Source: Octopus bimaculoides
Taxonomy: Eukaryota
Direction of reading: 5' to 3'
Assembly: GCF_001194135.2 (NCBI RefSeq)
Contig: NC_068982.1
Location: forward strand, 97,181,524 to 97,245,523
Length of the DNA: 64,000 nt
The position numbers and the translations under genes are program-made. The notes under the pieces are model-generated. The model was not told where the DNA came from and did no database searches. It saw only the letters and a list, made by a program, of their open reading frames with translations. Below, one piece after another: positions 24,635 to 39,700 of this stretch (within the stretch, counting starts at the first letter, position 1; every line of letters begins with the position of its first letter).

Positions 24635-26156
24635 CTCTAGAGGATTGTCAGCTGTGGAACATTGATGTTTGTCTTTCAATCATCTAATTTCACAAAATTA
24701 AATTGTTGAAAGACCATCTAATTTCCAATTTTTGAATTTTCAACTAATTACACAAAGGTGGTGTAAAACTTGGTTACGTTTTGGCTTTATAAAGTTTTAG
24801 TGAAATCTATTTAAATGCTTTAAGAAAAACATAAATGTCAAAAATACTGAACTTGATATTATAAAGCCATATTTTGTGATGTTTATTATTAATAATTTAT
24901 CAGTGTTTTATGAAAAAAAAAAATTAAAGACCTATTTGAAAAATGTAGTATTATTGTAAATATTTTAATGACATTGTCTATAGGAAACAGATACATTGTA
25001 TTTTCAACTAGGTAAAGTAATAGTGATTGACTCGATTAAATTATATAACTGGAATTGTCTTCAAGACATCAGAGGTTGAGTAGCAAAATCAACCTAGGAG
25101 GTGTATAAGCTAAAAGACCTGAGGGCTCAAACTAAAAAAAAACACAAAAAAACCAGTGTATCATCATTGTTATAAATTACTATGATATACAAATCAATGT
25201 AGGTATATAGAATTTTGGCTTACAGGCAATGTGTTTTGGATATAAAGTAGGAGAAATTAGAGTGCACATTTTCACTTTTTGAGGGACACTGACAATGTTA
25301 AGTAGAATGTTTACAGTTGGGAATATAAACCAGCATGTCAAGGTCTCTGCTTTGATTTACATTTTTTCTTTGATACTCAACACATGACTGGTTGCTACAT
25401 ACGTAGAACACATTTTAAATCATGGGTATAGACATGAGATAATGAGTCAAAAGTAAGTATCCACCCTTCTGTTAATATCCTACACTGAAATGCTATTAGT
25501 AGTAGTAGTAGAGGGAGTAAAACTTTAATCGTACATAATTATGTGTAGTAGATGGTGAATGGTATTATATTTATCTATGAACAGAAAAGTATCAGTTTGT
25601 ATTATATCTTCCCATATCAATTTTCTGTAACTCATGATCTCATTCTCACAGACAACCAAAATCTGGAACATTTTTATTATTTTTGTTTTCAAGACAAGAG
25701 TTGTTGAAAGGTAGAATGTAGGACACTGACATATTTAGGCTTTCCTGTAAATCTACCCATTTATTAAGTCATTGGATACATCATGAAAAGCTCATTAAAA
25801 ATTCTTTGTTGGCATCTTATTGTTTTGTGTCGGGATGCTATGTTTAATTCAGCTATTCAGCCAACAAGGATGACTTAAAACAGTGTAACATTGACGTCAA
25901 ACAATCTACCTCATACATAACATGACAAATCAGAGATTAATGTTTAGAATAATTCAGAACAAGTTTTGCGTAGGTCTGTAATAAATATTCATAATGCTGC
26001 TTTAATTTTAATAAACCAAAAATGAAAAGGCAAGTCAACAAAATTGGAGACTGAATTATAGAATTTATAGATTGGTGCCAACTTTCTCTTTCATTCTTTT
26101 GAGATCAACAGATTTAATCAATCCAACCTGCCTCTACTTTATAAAATCCTGTTATT

Positions 26157-26157
<1 letters not shown>

Positions 26158-26224
<67 letters not shown>
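26158..26224. repeat. (TCTG)n microsatellite; the window also has many (TA)n, (CA)n, (AAT)n, (CAT)n and (TAG)n tracts, e.g. 8929-8990, 48925-48988, 51453-51528, 54106-54190
   Basis: Read directly from the sequence. These tracts produce many of the spurious low-complexity ORFs. Confidence 0.95.
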
Positions 26225-26226
<2 letters not shown>

Positions 26227-26830
26227 GTCAATATCGTCTCGCCTCCTTCCTTCAAACGGAAAGGAAGAGCTATTTTTATCGTACTTATGGCTATGGCGAA
26301 AGAATGTATCTGGTGGACGTGTCGGAAAGGATTAGAGACAAACACTTTCCTCTCTAGTCAATCTCTCATCAACTTTTTCAAGTATCACTTAAAAAGGAAG
26401 GTGAGAGTAGAGAGGCAAGTGTTGTCTAGTGAATGTTTCCAAAAAAAGATGGGTGAATGTAGCAAGGATGGCATGTATAAATGATGACGCCACCTTGAGC
26501 ATGATCCTATGAAACAAGAAAAAAAAATTTAAAGCAGAGAGTTACTTACTTTTTGTAAATAAATTTGTTAAAATGTAACATTGCCCGAAGTTACCGTGGT
26601 CTTTTCGTAGGTTTTTCATTCCATGGATAAACCTCCCCATTTCTTGGGAACTTTTTGTATTATTTTGATTTTTTTTGTATATATCCCAAACGATTTCGAT
26701 TCCTTTTGATCGCTGTCCTTACTTTTTTTTTTTTTTTTTTACTTTGTTTTCGCCCCCCTCGAAAAGAAAAACTCTACATTGTATTTGTCCCATCTGTGTT
26801 CAGCCCTGTGTGGCTAAAAAAGAAATTTAT
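26225..26830 (+). mobile_element. Tx1-like L1 ORF2 C-terminus and 3' UTR, 5'-truncated, between (TCTG)n and CTAT-type repeats
   Basis: MAKECIWWT...FLSSQSLINFFKYHLKRKVRVERQVL...RWVNVARM across a frameshift; tail TTGTCCCATCTGTGTTCAGCCCTGTGTGG. Confidence 0.7.
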
Positions 26831-27524
26831 CTATCCATCTATCTATATTTTGGTAAGCAGATATGACAATACAGTTTTGATTCTTGTTTTATGCCATTTA
26901 TTTTTCATATAAGCTAAGAAATTCCAGTCTCAATCGTAAGATCTCAGGTTCAATCTTACAACCATTGACATCTTGAACAAGGTGGGATATCTTTTGCTAT
27001 AATCCCTGGTAGACCCAATGCTGTGAATAGAATTGAAAAACTAGAAATTGTAGAAACCCATCAAATGGATTTTACTCATGATTCGAAGGGCCATCATTGT
27101 CACGTACTGTGTCATGATGATTCTGTTTGAGAATTATGTTATGAATACATGTATCTGTGGAATATTACTTACATTAGACTTCAATAGATAGCTCAGTTGA
27201 TTAAACAACTGAAATATACATTGCTGAAACTGACAAAGATTCATTTACATAGACTGCAAGTGCCTTTGGGAAAAGCCTGAATGTCTGAACATTATATTTC
27301 TTCACTCGTGAAACTGTAGTGTCTTAGGGACAAGTTGAAAGAAATCACTATATTACATATAGGTCTTAAATTTGTATTATTTTTTCCTCAGTTTTTCTTT
27401 AGTTTATTTTATCATCATCTTTTTTAGTTATGATTTTTCAGTTGACAAAATCATTACAGCAGCAGACAAAATGCCTTACAGGGTTTAATTGTGGACTTTT
27501 ATGAGTTGGAGGTCAATCTTTGCT

Positions 27525-27530
27525 TTTATT
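27525..27530 (-). terminator. Candidate AATAAA polyadenylation signal of PYROXD2
   Basis: First AATAAA on the minus strand after the stop (about 140 nt downstream). Another lies at 27403-27408. Not validated. Confidence 0.35.
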
Positions 27531-27667
27531 CTGGAGCTGATGAAAGAGAATATCAGCTAAATACTGTAGTTAGTTAATATTCCTTCTATGCATCCTAAGC
27601 GTCAAAGGAATTATAACAGAAGACTAAAATTTTCCTCATCTCACACTTGAATAGAAAAGAATTGTTT

Positions 27668-27741
27668 TCACTTTAGTTTCTTCAGATCTTTCAGAAGTTT
27701 TTCAGCTGCAAGTTTCCCAGCTGCACCCATCACACCGCCAC
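27668..27741 (-). CDS. PYROXD2: Exon 16, terminal ([24 protein letters not shown])
   Basis: atttag acceptor, TGA at 27670-27668. Confidence 0.95.
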
Positions 27742-30700
27742 CTAAATCAAAGATAAAATATTACATAAATACCTAAAAATCATAGAAGTTAGATGAAAGA
27801 GAAAAGACAAAATAACAGGTAAGAGTTTCGTCTCAATTTCTCATAATCTTTGCAAGTTTAAAACTGCCAATCCATGTTTAAATTAAAGAATGAATAAATA
27901 TTACTACAAATGCTTTGTACCATATAGGTAAGCTTCCAGTCAAATGTGTTCACGACTTACTGTTTTGTAATTAAAAATTTTTTTTATTACTTAATCATAA
28001 AAGGAAGGGTAATGTCAGTCACCACCTTTAGGGCTGCCAAAGCTGTTTGATGAAGTTATCCTAAGATTGAAGATCTGGATTGGATGTTTACAGGATTGAC
28101 TCTGTTCAAGGTTACCAAGGAGCAGGTGGTCATTTTTAAACAGGGCACCAGATTAAATCTACATCCCAACTTGGTTTTAATTCTCAGCTGCCATTTTAGT
28201 TAAGTTAACTAGAGCTTAGTGAGACCATTTAGTGGTTTGTGCCTTCCCTTAATTGTTGTTCTCTAACCCCAATCATTCTTGATCAAGCAGACTTGTGATC
28301 AAAAGTATTACTGCCATGACAAGTCTGTCTTTTTATTCAGACATAGTGTATTCAGCACTGTATAATCCAATAGCTTTTTTTATTCTCTCACTGTTTATTT
28401 TCTCGTGTTCCTTTCTGTTGAAAAGAGTAGGCTCGAAACATAAAAGACTTTCTCACCTTCTCGAGCGTTAAACTAATACACCCACCTGTTTGTTGTTTAC
28501 ACACCTGTCTGCGTCTTTTTTTTTTTTTGTAAATTCCAACTTTATCTCCATATAATGCCTACTGAATATCAGTTGATTTGCCTATGAGCAGTAGAAGAAT
28601 GGGAATTATCAACTCATGGTATAAAATTTATTCTACTCTTTGGACTATTTCTTTCACTGGTAGTTTGACTTTACCAGCTACATCTCTACATTTAATGAAG
28701 TAGAAGAATGTATAAAAGAATAAAAGGCTCCTTTTATAAATAATCTCAAAAAGAAAATTAGATGAAATGAATCTTGTTAGAATAAGAGGTGAAATCTGAG
28801 ATATAAGATGATCCTTTCTGAGTAAAAAAATGAAAGGAACTACTCTTTACACCCTATAAGACTTCATTGGTATATTCTTCAACAATATTCTAATAAACTC
28901 AACTGATAAACATCTCATAAACTCAGTTCTTAGATACTGTAATAAGTTGGAGCCATAAATTATAGTCTATGATAGTCTAAATTTAGAGTGAAATACAGAA
29001 TCTGATAAAACTGAAGGTCTGCATCAACAACAATTATAGTTATGAGATGCTGGGAAGAGTTGAACAATTTGATGTTTCAGACTCTAAAGTCCTTTGATGT
29101 TCTGCTAAAATCAAAAGAGCTTCATTCAATAAAAAAATAAGCATACCTGGGTGTGCACCACTGCCACAAAGATAGAGGCCAGACACAGGAGATTTGTTAC
29201 CACACAAGGAAGTTGTTGGCCTACCAGAATATAGCTGGTCAAGACTCATAGAACCATGGAAAATATTCTGAAAAGCATTTGAAAATGAGTACATATAAAT
29301 AAACATATATTAGTAAATATCTATTGGTCATTGGATCATATCTATTACATGTTAGTGTGTAAGGGTTCATCATCATCATTTAATGTCCATGTTCCATACT
29401 GGCATGGGTTGAATAGTTTGAAAGGATCTGATGGGACCAAGGACTGCATTGTACTGCAGTGGCTGCTTTGGCATGGTTTCTACAGATGGACGCCTTTCCA
29501 AACACCAACCACTTTATAGCATGTATTAGATACTTTTTTCATACCACCAGCATTATTGAAGTTGCTATGCAGCTTGCAACACTATGAACACCAAAGGAAC
29601 AGCTGTACACTAGAAGATGAGGAGTAAAAGTATGAGGGAAAGGGGAAGTTCAATATTCACAAATATCAATACTTAGGTAAAATGGTTAAGAGAAATCAAA
29701 TCTACAGTGGTGTAAATAAATAGCACATCATAGTATATTCAGAGGAATGGAGATGTTTTTTTCATTTAACATAGTGGAAACTACTCTATGACATAACATT
29801 CATAAATTAAGTTTGTGAGGAGAATAGCTGTCGTAGTTGGTGGTACCTGTGACAATGTCATTGTTATGTCTGCTTTTCTGTGCCAAGATGAACAAGATAG
29901 AACTTTTGTGGGATAGTGGTTTATAGCAGGATGCCTTTTCTAATACAACCTCCAACAACACAGTGTTAACACGTACCTGTTCAAAAAACTAGGATACACA
30001 TGGATGAGATGAGAAATACCAAAACTGACTCCCTCCTTTTGACACAGAAACTTGTTTTATGAATCTTATTAAGTAGTTTTGCCAATGCAAACTTTCACCA
30101 GTGACCTTGAACTGTAGTTTTTCTCTTAGCACAATGAATTAGCTCTGTTGAAATATTGTATTTCATTTAATAATTTGGCATCATGATGGAATTTTAACAT
30201 ATAAAACAATATGTCAAAATTGTATTGACGTAACCTGTAATGTTGAACACTCATGAATAATGGGGTTCATCAATAACTTGCTTTTTTTCCTTACGATATA
30301 TGGCAAGTTTGACTGTTAGAAATCGTTAACGAGGCAGAAGAATGCTTAGATAATATTTAGTTTCAGTATATTAGCACAGGGCCAAAGATGTATAGGGATG
30401 GGTAATGTCATTTAAGTCAACTACATCATATATTTGGTACTTATTTTAGTGACTTTTATAAGATAAAAGGTTGAAAATTGATTCCAGTGGGATTTGAAAT
30501 TAAAATGTTGAAGTATGAAATTAAATACAACTTGACACATGCTTTAACATACCAGTGTTTCTGTCTGTCCCTTCACTAATTGTTTTAATATAAAAATATT
30601 ATTTGATAAATTTGACCATAACATATTTTTGGTATTTTATTGATGCTGCAAGGATGGAAAATAGAGTAGACCCTGAATGCAAATGAACTCAAACTATTGA

Positions 30701-31352
30701 CCCAATACCAGGATTGTAAAGGAGCATATAGTCAATGAAATCAACTCCAATATTTGACTGGTATTTTATTTTATTGACCTCAAATGACAAAGTCAACCTT
30801 TGTAAGATTTGATCTTAGAATGTATAAAGCACCAGAATTAAATAAGCAAGTAATATTGTTTGATGTCTCTAAAGTATTTAGATTAATGTCTGACTGTTTC
30901 CGTCACTTACAAAAGGTTCAAATAATTTTTTTATAAATTAAACACAAGACCAATAGTTTTGAGGGGAGGGATTAGTTGATACTATTACCTCCAGTACTTG
31001 ACTGATATTGACTTAACTTTATCAACCCTGGGGGGATGAAAGACAAAACTGATCATGGGAGGATTTGAACTCAGAACATAAAGAGCTGGAACAAATACTG
31101 CGAGGCTGTTTTTCCAACATGCTCTTTACTGCTAATCCATCACCTTATATAAAGGTTCTAACAAAGAATTTTTATATCGAAACAAAGCTGTAGATTTTGA
31201 AGAGCAGAACAAGTTTCTTTTATAGGTGTATGTTTGAAAATGGGATAAAAGTTAAGCCAGATTCAGCAGGGTATGAACTCAAAAACTATACAGACATAGC
31301 TAAAAACCATCTGCCACCCTTTATGACAATATCCCAAGATAGGTTACGATTC

Positions 31353-31402
<50 letters not shown>

Positions 31403-32418
31403 TCTGAAATTGGCACAATGTGAATACAAATGATGCCATGGCAATGTGGCAAGAATGATCCATTGGGAGCTCTGTGGAAATCATGGCCTACAAAGAGCAA
31501 AGACATGGTATGAACAAACCCCAGAAGGAGTCACTGAAAATGAGAACTGCAAAATCTTGTGGGATGTAATGATCCAGGACGATCACCTGACCAGACATGT
31601 ATGATTATCATCATAGCATGCCCCCGTGGCAACAGGATCAATGTGAAAGAAGAAGAAAAAATAAACAACTACAACAATTTAAAGTGGGAAATATGTAGGT
31701 TGTGGTCTATGAAGAGAGTAAACGTGATACCAATAGTAATTTGTGCACTTAGAAGTATCAGCATTCAACTACCAAGATGGCTGAAAAAGATCAGTGCAAG
31801 TATGAAGGTAGAACATCAACAAAAATCAGCATTGCTTGGAACTGCAAAAATTCTTTGCAGGGTTCTTGAAGCATGACCAGTAAACAAGTGTCACCTTAAC
31901 CTGCTGGATATGGACAGCTGACACTTTCCATCATACCCAGCAAAATAAGCTGTGAGTTTTTATATAATAATCCTTTCTATTATAGGCACAAGGTTTGAAA
32001 TTTGGGGGAGGGGAATAGTTGATTACATCAACCCCAGTACTCAACTGGTACTTAATTTATCGACCCCGAAAGGATGAAAGGTAAAGTCGAAAGGTAAATT
32101 TGAACTCAGAACGTAGCAACAGGCGAAATACAGCTAAGCATTTCGTCCAGCATGCTAACAATTCTGCCAGCTCACTGCCTTGATGATGATGGTGATAATA
32201 ATAATAATAATAAATGACAAAGTTGTGCTAGAGATTAGTAGAGCTGATTTTAGTTTCTACAAACATAGTAAATAAAACTCACCCCTCCTGTAAGTCCAAA
32301 AGTACTTTCAAGGTCTGGTGGAGCCAAAAGCTCATATCCAACGATGCTTGATTTAAATCCAGGGGCATAGTTTTCAATATCATTAAACACTGGAAAATAC
32401 ATACATGCAAAATAATGT

Positions 32419-32466
<48 letters not shown>

Positions 32467-35064
32467 TTTACCAGGGCTGTGGCCAGTCCCTAGCCAGCCC
32501 ACTTAAGCGTTCCTTTCCTTCTTTGGGCACTAAACCCGGCTGTGAAGGCCTGTTGAGGCAAGTGAAATCGAAATTGAACCAATTTTGGTGACTGCCAGTG
32601 GGGCACTAGCAGCACCATCCGCTAACAGTACCATCTGAGCGGGATCACTGCCAGAGCAGTGGTCTTGCTCCTGTGCCGGTGGCAAGTAAAAGGCACCATT
32701 TGAGCGCAATCATTTCCAGCTTCGCCTTACTGGCACTTGTGCCGGTGGCATGTGAACAAAACATTGGACTGATTCCTGTGCAGGTGGCACGTAGAAAACA
32801 CCATTTGAGCGTGGCCGTTGCCAGTACCGCCAGACTGGCCCTCGTGCCAGTGGCACGTAAAAAGCACCCACTACACTCTCAGAGTGGTTGGCGTTGGGAA
32901 GGGCATCCAGCTGTAGAAACTCTGCCAGATCAGATTGGAGTCTGGTGTAGCCATCCGGTTCACCAGTCCCCAGTCAAATCGTCCAACCCATGCTAGCATG
33001 GAAGGCGGACGTTAAATGATGATGATGATGATGATAATATAACATACTCCTCCTCCTTCTTCTTCTAATCATCATCATCATTTCAGCATCCACTTTTTCA
33101 TGCTTACATGGGTCAGACATATGAATCAAACAATGAACAACTCAATGGCTGGATATATTTCCATGGAAGGTTGCAAACAAATGACACTGTTTGTATGAAC
33201 ATTAACTTTGTGTACAATCAACGTGCAAATTTCAAGATGAGGGAAGATATAAAGACTTTTAGCACTATTTTGCCATATCAGATTGATTGAATTGTTTAGT
33301 ATTATTTAGTGCAGGAAATAAGCAGTTGATGTAACACACAAAAAATATTACATATAGTTGCATGTTTCCCAACAGTGGTGTTACAAAAATGCTGAATAAC
33401 ATTACATCAAAGATAACTGATAATGCTAAGCCAGGTCATCAAAATTTAGCATATCTCCTCTTTAATCTATCTTAGACTCCATGCCTTTATAATCAAGGTT
33501 TTATATGGCATGATATTTTATTGACACAGGCGTAGGAGTGGCTGTGTGGTAAATAGCTTGCTTACCAACCACATGGTTCTGGGTTCAGTCCCACTGCGTG
33601 GCACCTTGGGCAAGTGTCTTCTACTATAGCCTTGGGCCGACCAAAGCCTTGTGAGTGGATTTGGTAGACGGAAACTGAAAGAAGCCCGTCATATATATGT
33701 ATGTATGTGTATATGTTTGTGTGTCTGTGTTTGTCCCTCCCAACATCGCTTGACAACCGATGCTGGTGTGTGTACGCCCCCCGTAACTTAGCGGTTCGGC
33801 AAAAGAGACCGATAGAATAAGTACTAGGCTTCCAAAGAATAAGTCCTGGGGTCGATTTGCTCGACTAAAGGCGGTGCTCCAGCATGACCACAGTCAAATG
33901 ATTGAAACAAGTAAAAGAGTAAAAGAGAGAATATTAATTTCTTAAATTTGCATTAATATGGTAGCTTCTACAGGTTAACCAAAATAAAACCTGGTTGAAA
34001 AGAATTATGATCAAAGGTTTTCTAGCTGGTATCATTCCCCACTTCATTTCTTTAAAGATAATAGGTTCAGATAAAAGAAAAATTTAGCTGCTATTTCTGG
34101 CAGACTGAGTGACATTGTAGAGGCCTCCTCATTGGCTTTGGCACATATAGTTTTAACTCTCTTGTGCAACATTACTTTTGGAATAAGGAGTGAAGTAACT
34201 GAGTACTGTGAATATTCATTCATTCATTCATTCACCATCATCAGCAGCAGCAACATCACCAACACCACCATCATATTCACCAATACAAGGTAGCTTTTAA
34301 ATATTCATTTGATCTGCCAGAAATAGCAGCTACATCTTACCATCTTGAAAAAGAAAGTATGCATCAGACAATGTAGTCCGAAATATACTATTCCTGAAAA
34401 CAAGGCAGAGTGGTGGTCAAAGCTGGAATGCCTTTTTGATCATACATTTCCTAAATCAAGGCTAAACTTGGGCCAAACAGTATGATCATCACCACTCACA
34501 CAAACACCATGATCTCCTCCTCTTCCTCCCACCACCACCACTACCTCCCCCCCATATATCAATCATTCATTTTTCCCCTTCTATTATTGTTGCTATTTTC
34601 CCATCCATTGAGTTGAGGTTTCTATTGTCAATAAATCTTGAGGCTTTCTTCTTTCAGTTGTTTCTTTCTTTATGAAGCTCTTTCTCCACTGTATTGATTA
34701 CTTCCGATTGATATATTTTACTGGCTTAAACAACCACATCAGTGTTATTCAATAGTTTGTTATGAATTACATAATATATAGCAGTCCCTCCAAACCTTTT
34801 TTGTTATTAGGGTTTTATGTGAAATAATTCAACCTTATATTTAGAGGAGAGAATGTGGAATATCGATAAATTCAGTTTCCTCTCCTCCTTTACTCCACAA
34901 CACCTTCATCCTTCTCTATTCTCCATTGATGAGCAAGAGCTGGACATAGTTGATTTTTTTTTCATTCTACTCTTCTTGCCAACTGTACTTATTGATATCC
35001 TTTGAACTCCTTTTAATCAATTACTACTGATGCCCACTCTCCCTAGTTTCCTTAGATTGTACTT

Positions 35065-35108
<44 letters not shown>

Positions 35109-35931
35109 GGTACCGGCGTGGCTGAGTGGTAAGAAGCTTGCTTCCCAACCACATGGTTCCAGGTTCAAGCCCTTCATATATGTGTGTGTGTCTTTGTGTT
35201 TGTTCCCACCGCTTGACAGCTGGTGATAGTGTGCTTACGTCCCTATAACTTGGCAGTTCAGCAAAAGAGATCAGTAGAACAAGTACCAGGCTTATAAGAA
35301 GTAAGTAGTGGGGGAGGGGGTCAATACATTCGACTAAAATTTCTTCAAGGCATGGCCCCTGCATGGCCAGTCTAATGATTGAAATAAGTAAAAGAAAAGA
35401 GATATATATTATATATACAGTGATACCTTGCAGTACAAGTTTAATTTATTCCATGACTGAGCTCGTCAATTTTTTTAACTGCAAAGACATGCCTGCAGAA
35501 TGATTACCTTAATATTGGCATCTCATATGACAATAAATCAAATGATAAGTTTACCTATGTCTGCATAGTTCTTTCTGGCTTCTTCATCCCAAAAGAGTCC
35601 ATTCTTTAGAGTGTATGGTGTATACTGGGTAAAGAGTAAGACAACATGAGAGCCAGGGGGAGAAATAGTTGAATCAACACTGGATGGAATCACCATTTCA
35701 ATGACTGGCCTTTCAAAAAGTAAAAAAGAAGAAGAGAAAAAGAAAAGGCTTATAAAATCAAAAATTATATATATATATATATATCATCATCATCATCATC
35801 ATCGTTTAACGTCCGCTTTCCATGCTAGCATGGGTTGGACGATTTGACTGAGGACTGGTGAAACCGGATGGCAACACCAGGCTCCAGTCTAATTTGGCAG
35901 AGTTTCTACAGCTGGATGCCCTTCCTAACGC

Positions 35932-35978
<47 letters not shown>

Positions 35979-36760
35979 TCAGTAGAATAGCAGGTAAAAT
36001 TATTATATTTGAAGGCTGCGTGAAGAAGTTTACTTTCCAACCACATAGTTTTGAGTTCAGTCTGACTGTATGGCATCCTTAGCAAGTCTTCTACTATAGC
36101 CCTTGGCTGACCAATGTCTTGTAAATGGATTTGGTGGACAGAGACTGAAAGAAGATCATTGTGTATATACATAAACTAATAACACCTTTGTTGAAACTTG
36201 CTCCTCTTGTGTTCGTTTTCTTGTTTTTGCTCATTCACCATGTGTGTGTGTGTGTGGGGGGGGTGTCCTTGTCTTAACATCATGGGGTAGTTGTAAACAT
36301 ATGTCACTGTCATACAAACAATGTCATTTGTTTCTGGTCTTCCCTAAAAGCATGGTCCTGCCACTATTACCTTGCTTGGAGACAGGTGAAGGTTCCTGAT
36401 AGGAAGGGCATTTGGCCAGAGAAAACCTGCCTCAAAGAATTCCATCTGACCCATGCAGGTGTGGAAAAGTGGACAAGGAAACGGTGATGATGGCTTATAA
36501 GGCAAACACTTTACCTAAAAATGTCCGAGAAAATCAGTCTATGTCTTATAAACATACAGTCAGGGTTTAGTTTACAGGTGGTTCAAGAAAAGCCTGCTAA
36601 AACAAGCTCATGCATTTCATAAGCCATCAATTGCAGTCATTTTTAAATGTCAGAAGAATTTGATCTTGTTACTGCAGATTACCTAATTATTTATTAAATC
36701 TCTTTAGTTTGGTATTGTATACAGGAGTTTCTCTTACAACTTGTTTTACTATTACTACTG

Positions 36761-36796
<36 letters not shown>

Positions 36797-39700
36797 AGGG
36801 GAGATTAGTGAAGTTCTTGTTAACCTTTTCGATACCAACCTGGCTGAAACTACCTCTAGCCCTGTAGTACAAATGTCTTGTGTGGCAAGAATGGATGAGG
36901 ATAGCTGTGTGAAAAAGTGCCACACCCTAGCAGTTGAGGGAACCTGTGGAAGAGGTATGTGTATATTTGTGTGTGAGTGTTTGTGTGTCTGTAGCCAACA
37001 CCATCGTCTGACAACCAATGTTGCTGTGTTTATGTGCCCATAATGTAGCAGTTCTGTAAAAGACATTGACTGAATAAGTACTAGGCTTACAAATAATAAA
37101 TCCTGGCATTGGTTTGTTTGACTAAAGACAGTGCTCCAACATGTCCACAGTCACATGATTGAAACAAGTAAAACGATAAAAGTCTAATCCATTTTAATCC
37201 CAAGCAATGCCAGGTATCTCTGCTAGTTTATATATAACACACTATAATTAGCTGTCATTTTTGACAGCACAGGGCCAGCTAGTTTCTAACATAAACACTA
37301 TGTCACAAATTTAATGGGGGTGCCAGTCAATTAAATTAATATGATTACTTTACTGGTATTCTATTTTAGTGATCTTTGAAGGGAGAAAGACAGAGATGAC
37401 CTCTGTGAGATTTGAACTTAAAAAAGAGAGGGCTGTAAATAAATATGGTAAGCTATTTTGTCTGATGCCCTAAAAATTCTATTAAGTAGTTAATGCTTTT
37501 AGTGACAAGAATGATGATGATGATGGCAGTGGTCATGGTGAGGAAAATAATGATACTAATGAGAACTGTAGTATGATGATGATTAGGAGAAAGAATGAGA
37601 CATGATGATGATGATCCTGATATAATATTAACAAACAATAGTATATAACTGTAAACTTAAAATATCATATAATAACAACAACAGCAATGACAACAGCTAG
37701 GTGTAGACATGGTTTTGTGGTTAAGAAGCTAGCTCTGCAACCATGTAGTTTCAGGTTCAGTCCTACTGTGTGGCACCTTGGACAAGTGTCTTCTACTTTA
37801 ACCTCAGACTGACCAATGTCTGTGACTGAATTTAGCTGAGGGAAACAATGGAAATATGTCGTATATGTAAATGTATGTGTGTGTCTTGCATTTGTGTTTG
37901 CCTCCACATCACCTGATAACAGGTATTGGAGTATTTATGTCCCCATAACTTAGCAGTTTGACAAACTGATAGAATAAGTATTGGGGTCAATTTGTTTGAC
38001 TAAATCATTCAAGGCAGTGCTCCAGCATAGCCATAGTTCAATGACTAAAATAAGTCTAAGATAGTAAGAACTAAGCAATAAAGGCTCAATAGTTGAAATT
38101 CTCTATTACTTGTGTGAAGGATACCCATTTTGTGCATCTAGATAAGCTTGATGAATTAAATCAGTGTGTTCACAGTTTAAATGGATGGTACACTGGTGAT
38201 GTGGCATTGGTGTGTTCTTCTTGATGTTTGGATCAGCAGTAAAGTTGGGCAGTTCTTTCACAGCGACTAAAATAACATGTTGGTATTTGGAAGGAAAAAA
38301 GAAAAATCTCAATTAGCAATTTTTATGACTTTAGATAAATTATTTATTCAATTACAATTAAACCTTGGGAGAGGCATTATGCCGGTAATAAACACACGCA
38401 CTGGTTCAGTCCTTTATTAATTTATAAACAGTATTTAGTTTTTTTGTTAAATAATTTCATTGCACTCTTGCAATCTCTTCAGTAATTTGTCTCTCCACTT
38501 ACATTTATTTTGAAAATAAATGGAAGTGGAAAGACAAGTTACTGAAGAGATTGCAAGAGTGCAATGAAATTATTTAACAAAAAAACTAAATACTGTTTAT
38601 AAATTAATAAAGGACTGAACCAGTGCATGTGTTTATTACCGGCATAATGCCTCTCCCAAGGTTTAATTGTATTTCTTTCAACACACGTATCCACTTCCAG
38701 AATCTTGCACACGAAATACACATACGAAATTTATTCAATTATTTGACTTTATTTCTAAACATCAGATCCACTACCACTCCTCTCAAATAAGTTAGCTTTT
38801 CAAAACTTTAATTTTATTTGATTGCTTTGTTGTTACACTGCTAAACCTCAATATAATTTACATAGTTAAATATGTATATCTAGTAATCAAAACATTGAGA
38901 GAGACTGTTACATTCCTGTTGTTAATAGGGAACTGTTGCAAGTGTTATGCATTAGATAAACTAGCTGATTGCCTAAGGCATTAATATCAGGGTCCTCCCA
39001 CCACAAGTAACCTACTCAAAATTTTTTGATACAGTTTAAAACATGAATGAAACGAAGTGAGGTCATTCTTGGAACAAAGAAGAAAGGACATGGGTAAGTG
39101 GCAAGGCAGGGTGAGAGGTCTGTGTGGTGTTATGACCTGTAACATGATTCAACATGAAATATTTCAGATTTTACCCAGTAAAAGTTTACTTGATCATAAA
39201 ACTATAGATTACTTGTTTGCAATTAACTAATTTTCTAACTGGTGTGAAGGGAGATATAGCTGAAGGATGTTCAGGGGGAAAATTGGAGACGCTTATTGTA
39301 GGATTGGGAGAACCAAGTTACACTTTGTTGGACTGGAAGAAGGTCATGTACTTTGTAGGGCTGGGCCAAGGGTACTGAATATTTGGCACCAGCCTGGTTC
39401 TTTTCTTACATGTTATATTCAGTCATTTTTAAAATGGTATGGAAAAGTTTAGAGGAGACTTGGCTATCATTTCTAGCAAAATGAGCAGCCACATACAAAT
39501 TGCCAGTCTTCCTCAAAAAATCTTGCCTGTAGACACATGTGCAGAAAGCCAATTTTTATTATAAATAAATAAATAACTATAAAAGAAAGCACAATTTTTT
39601 CTTACCATTGATCTTTGTCACTGGTGAAGAATAATCTATCATTTCTATTTCTTTGGTAAGGTCACTGGATAAGGTTCCCTGAAATATTGCAAATTAGAAA

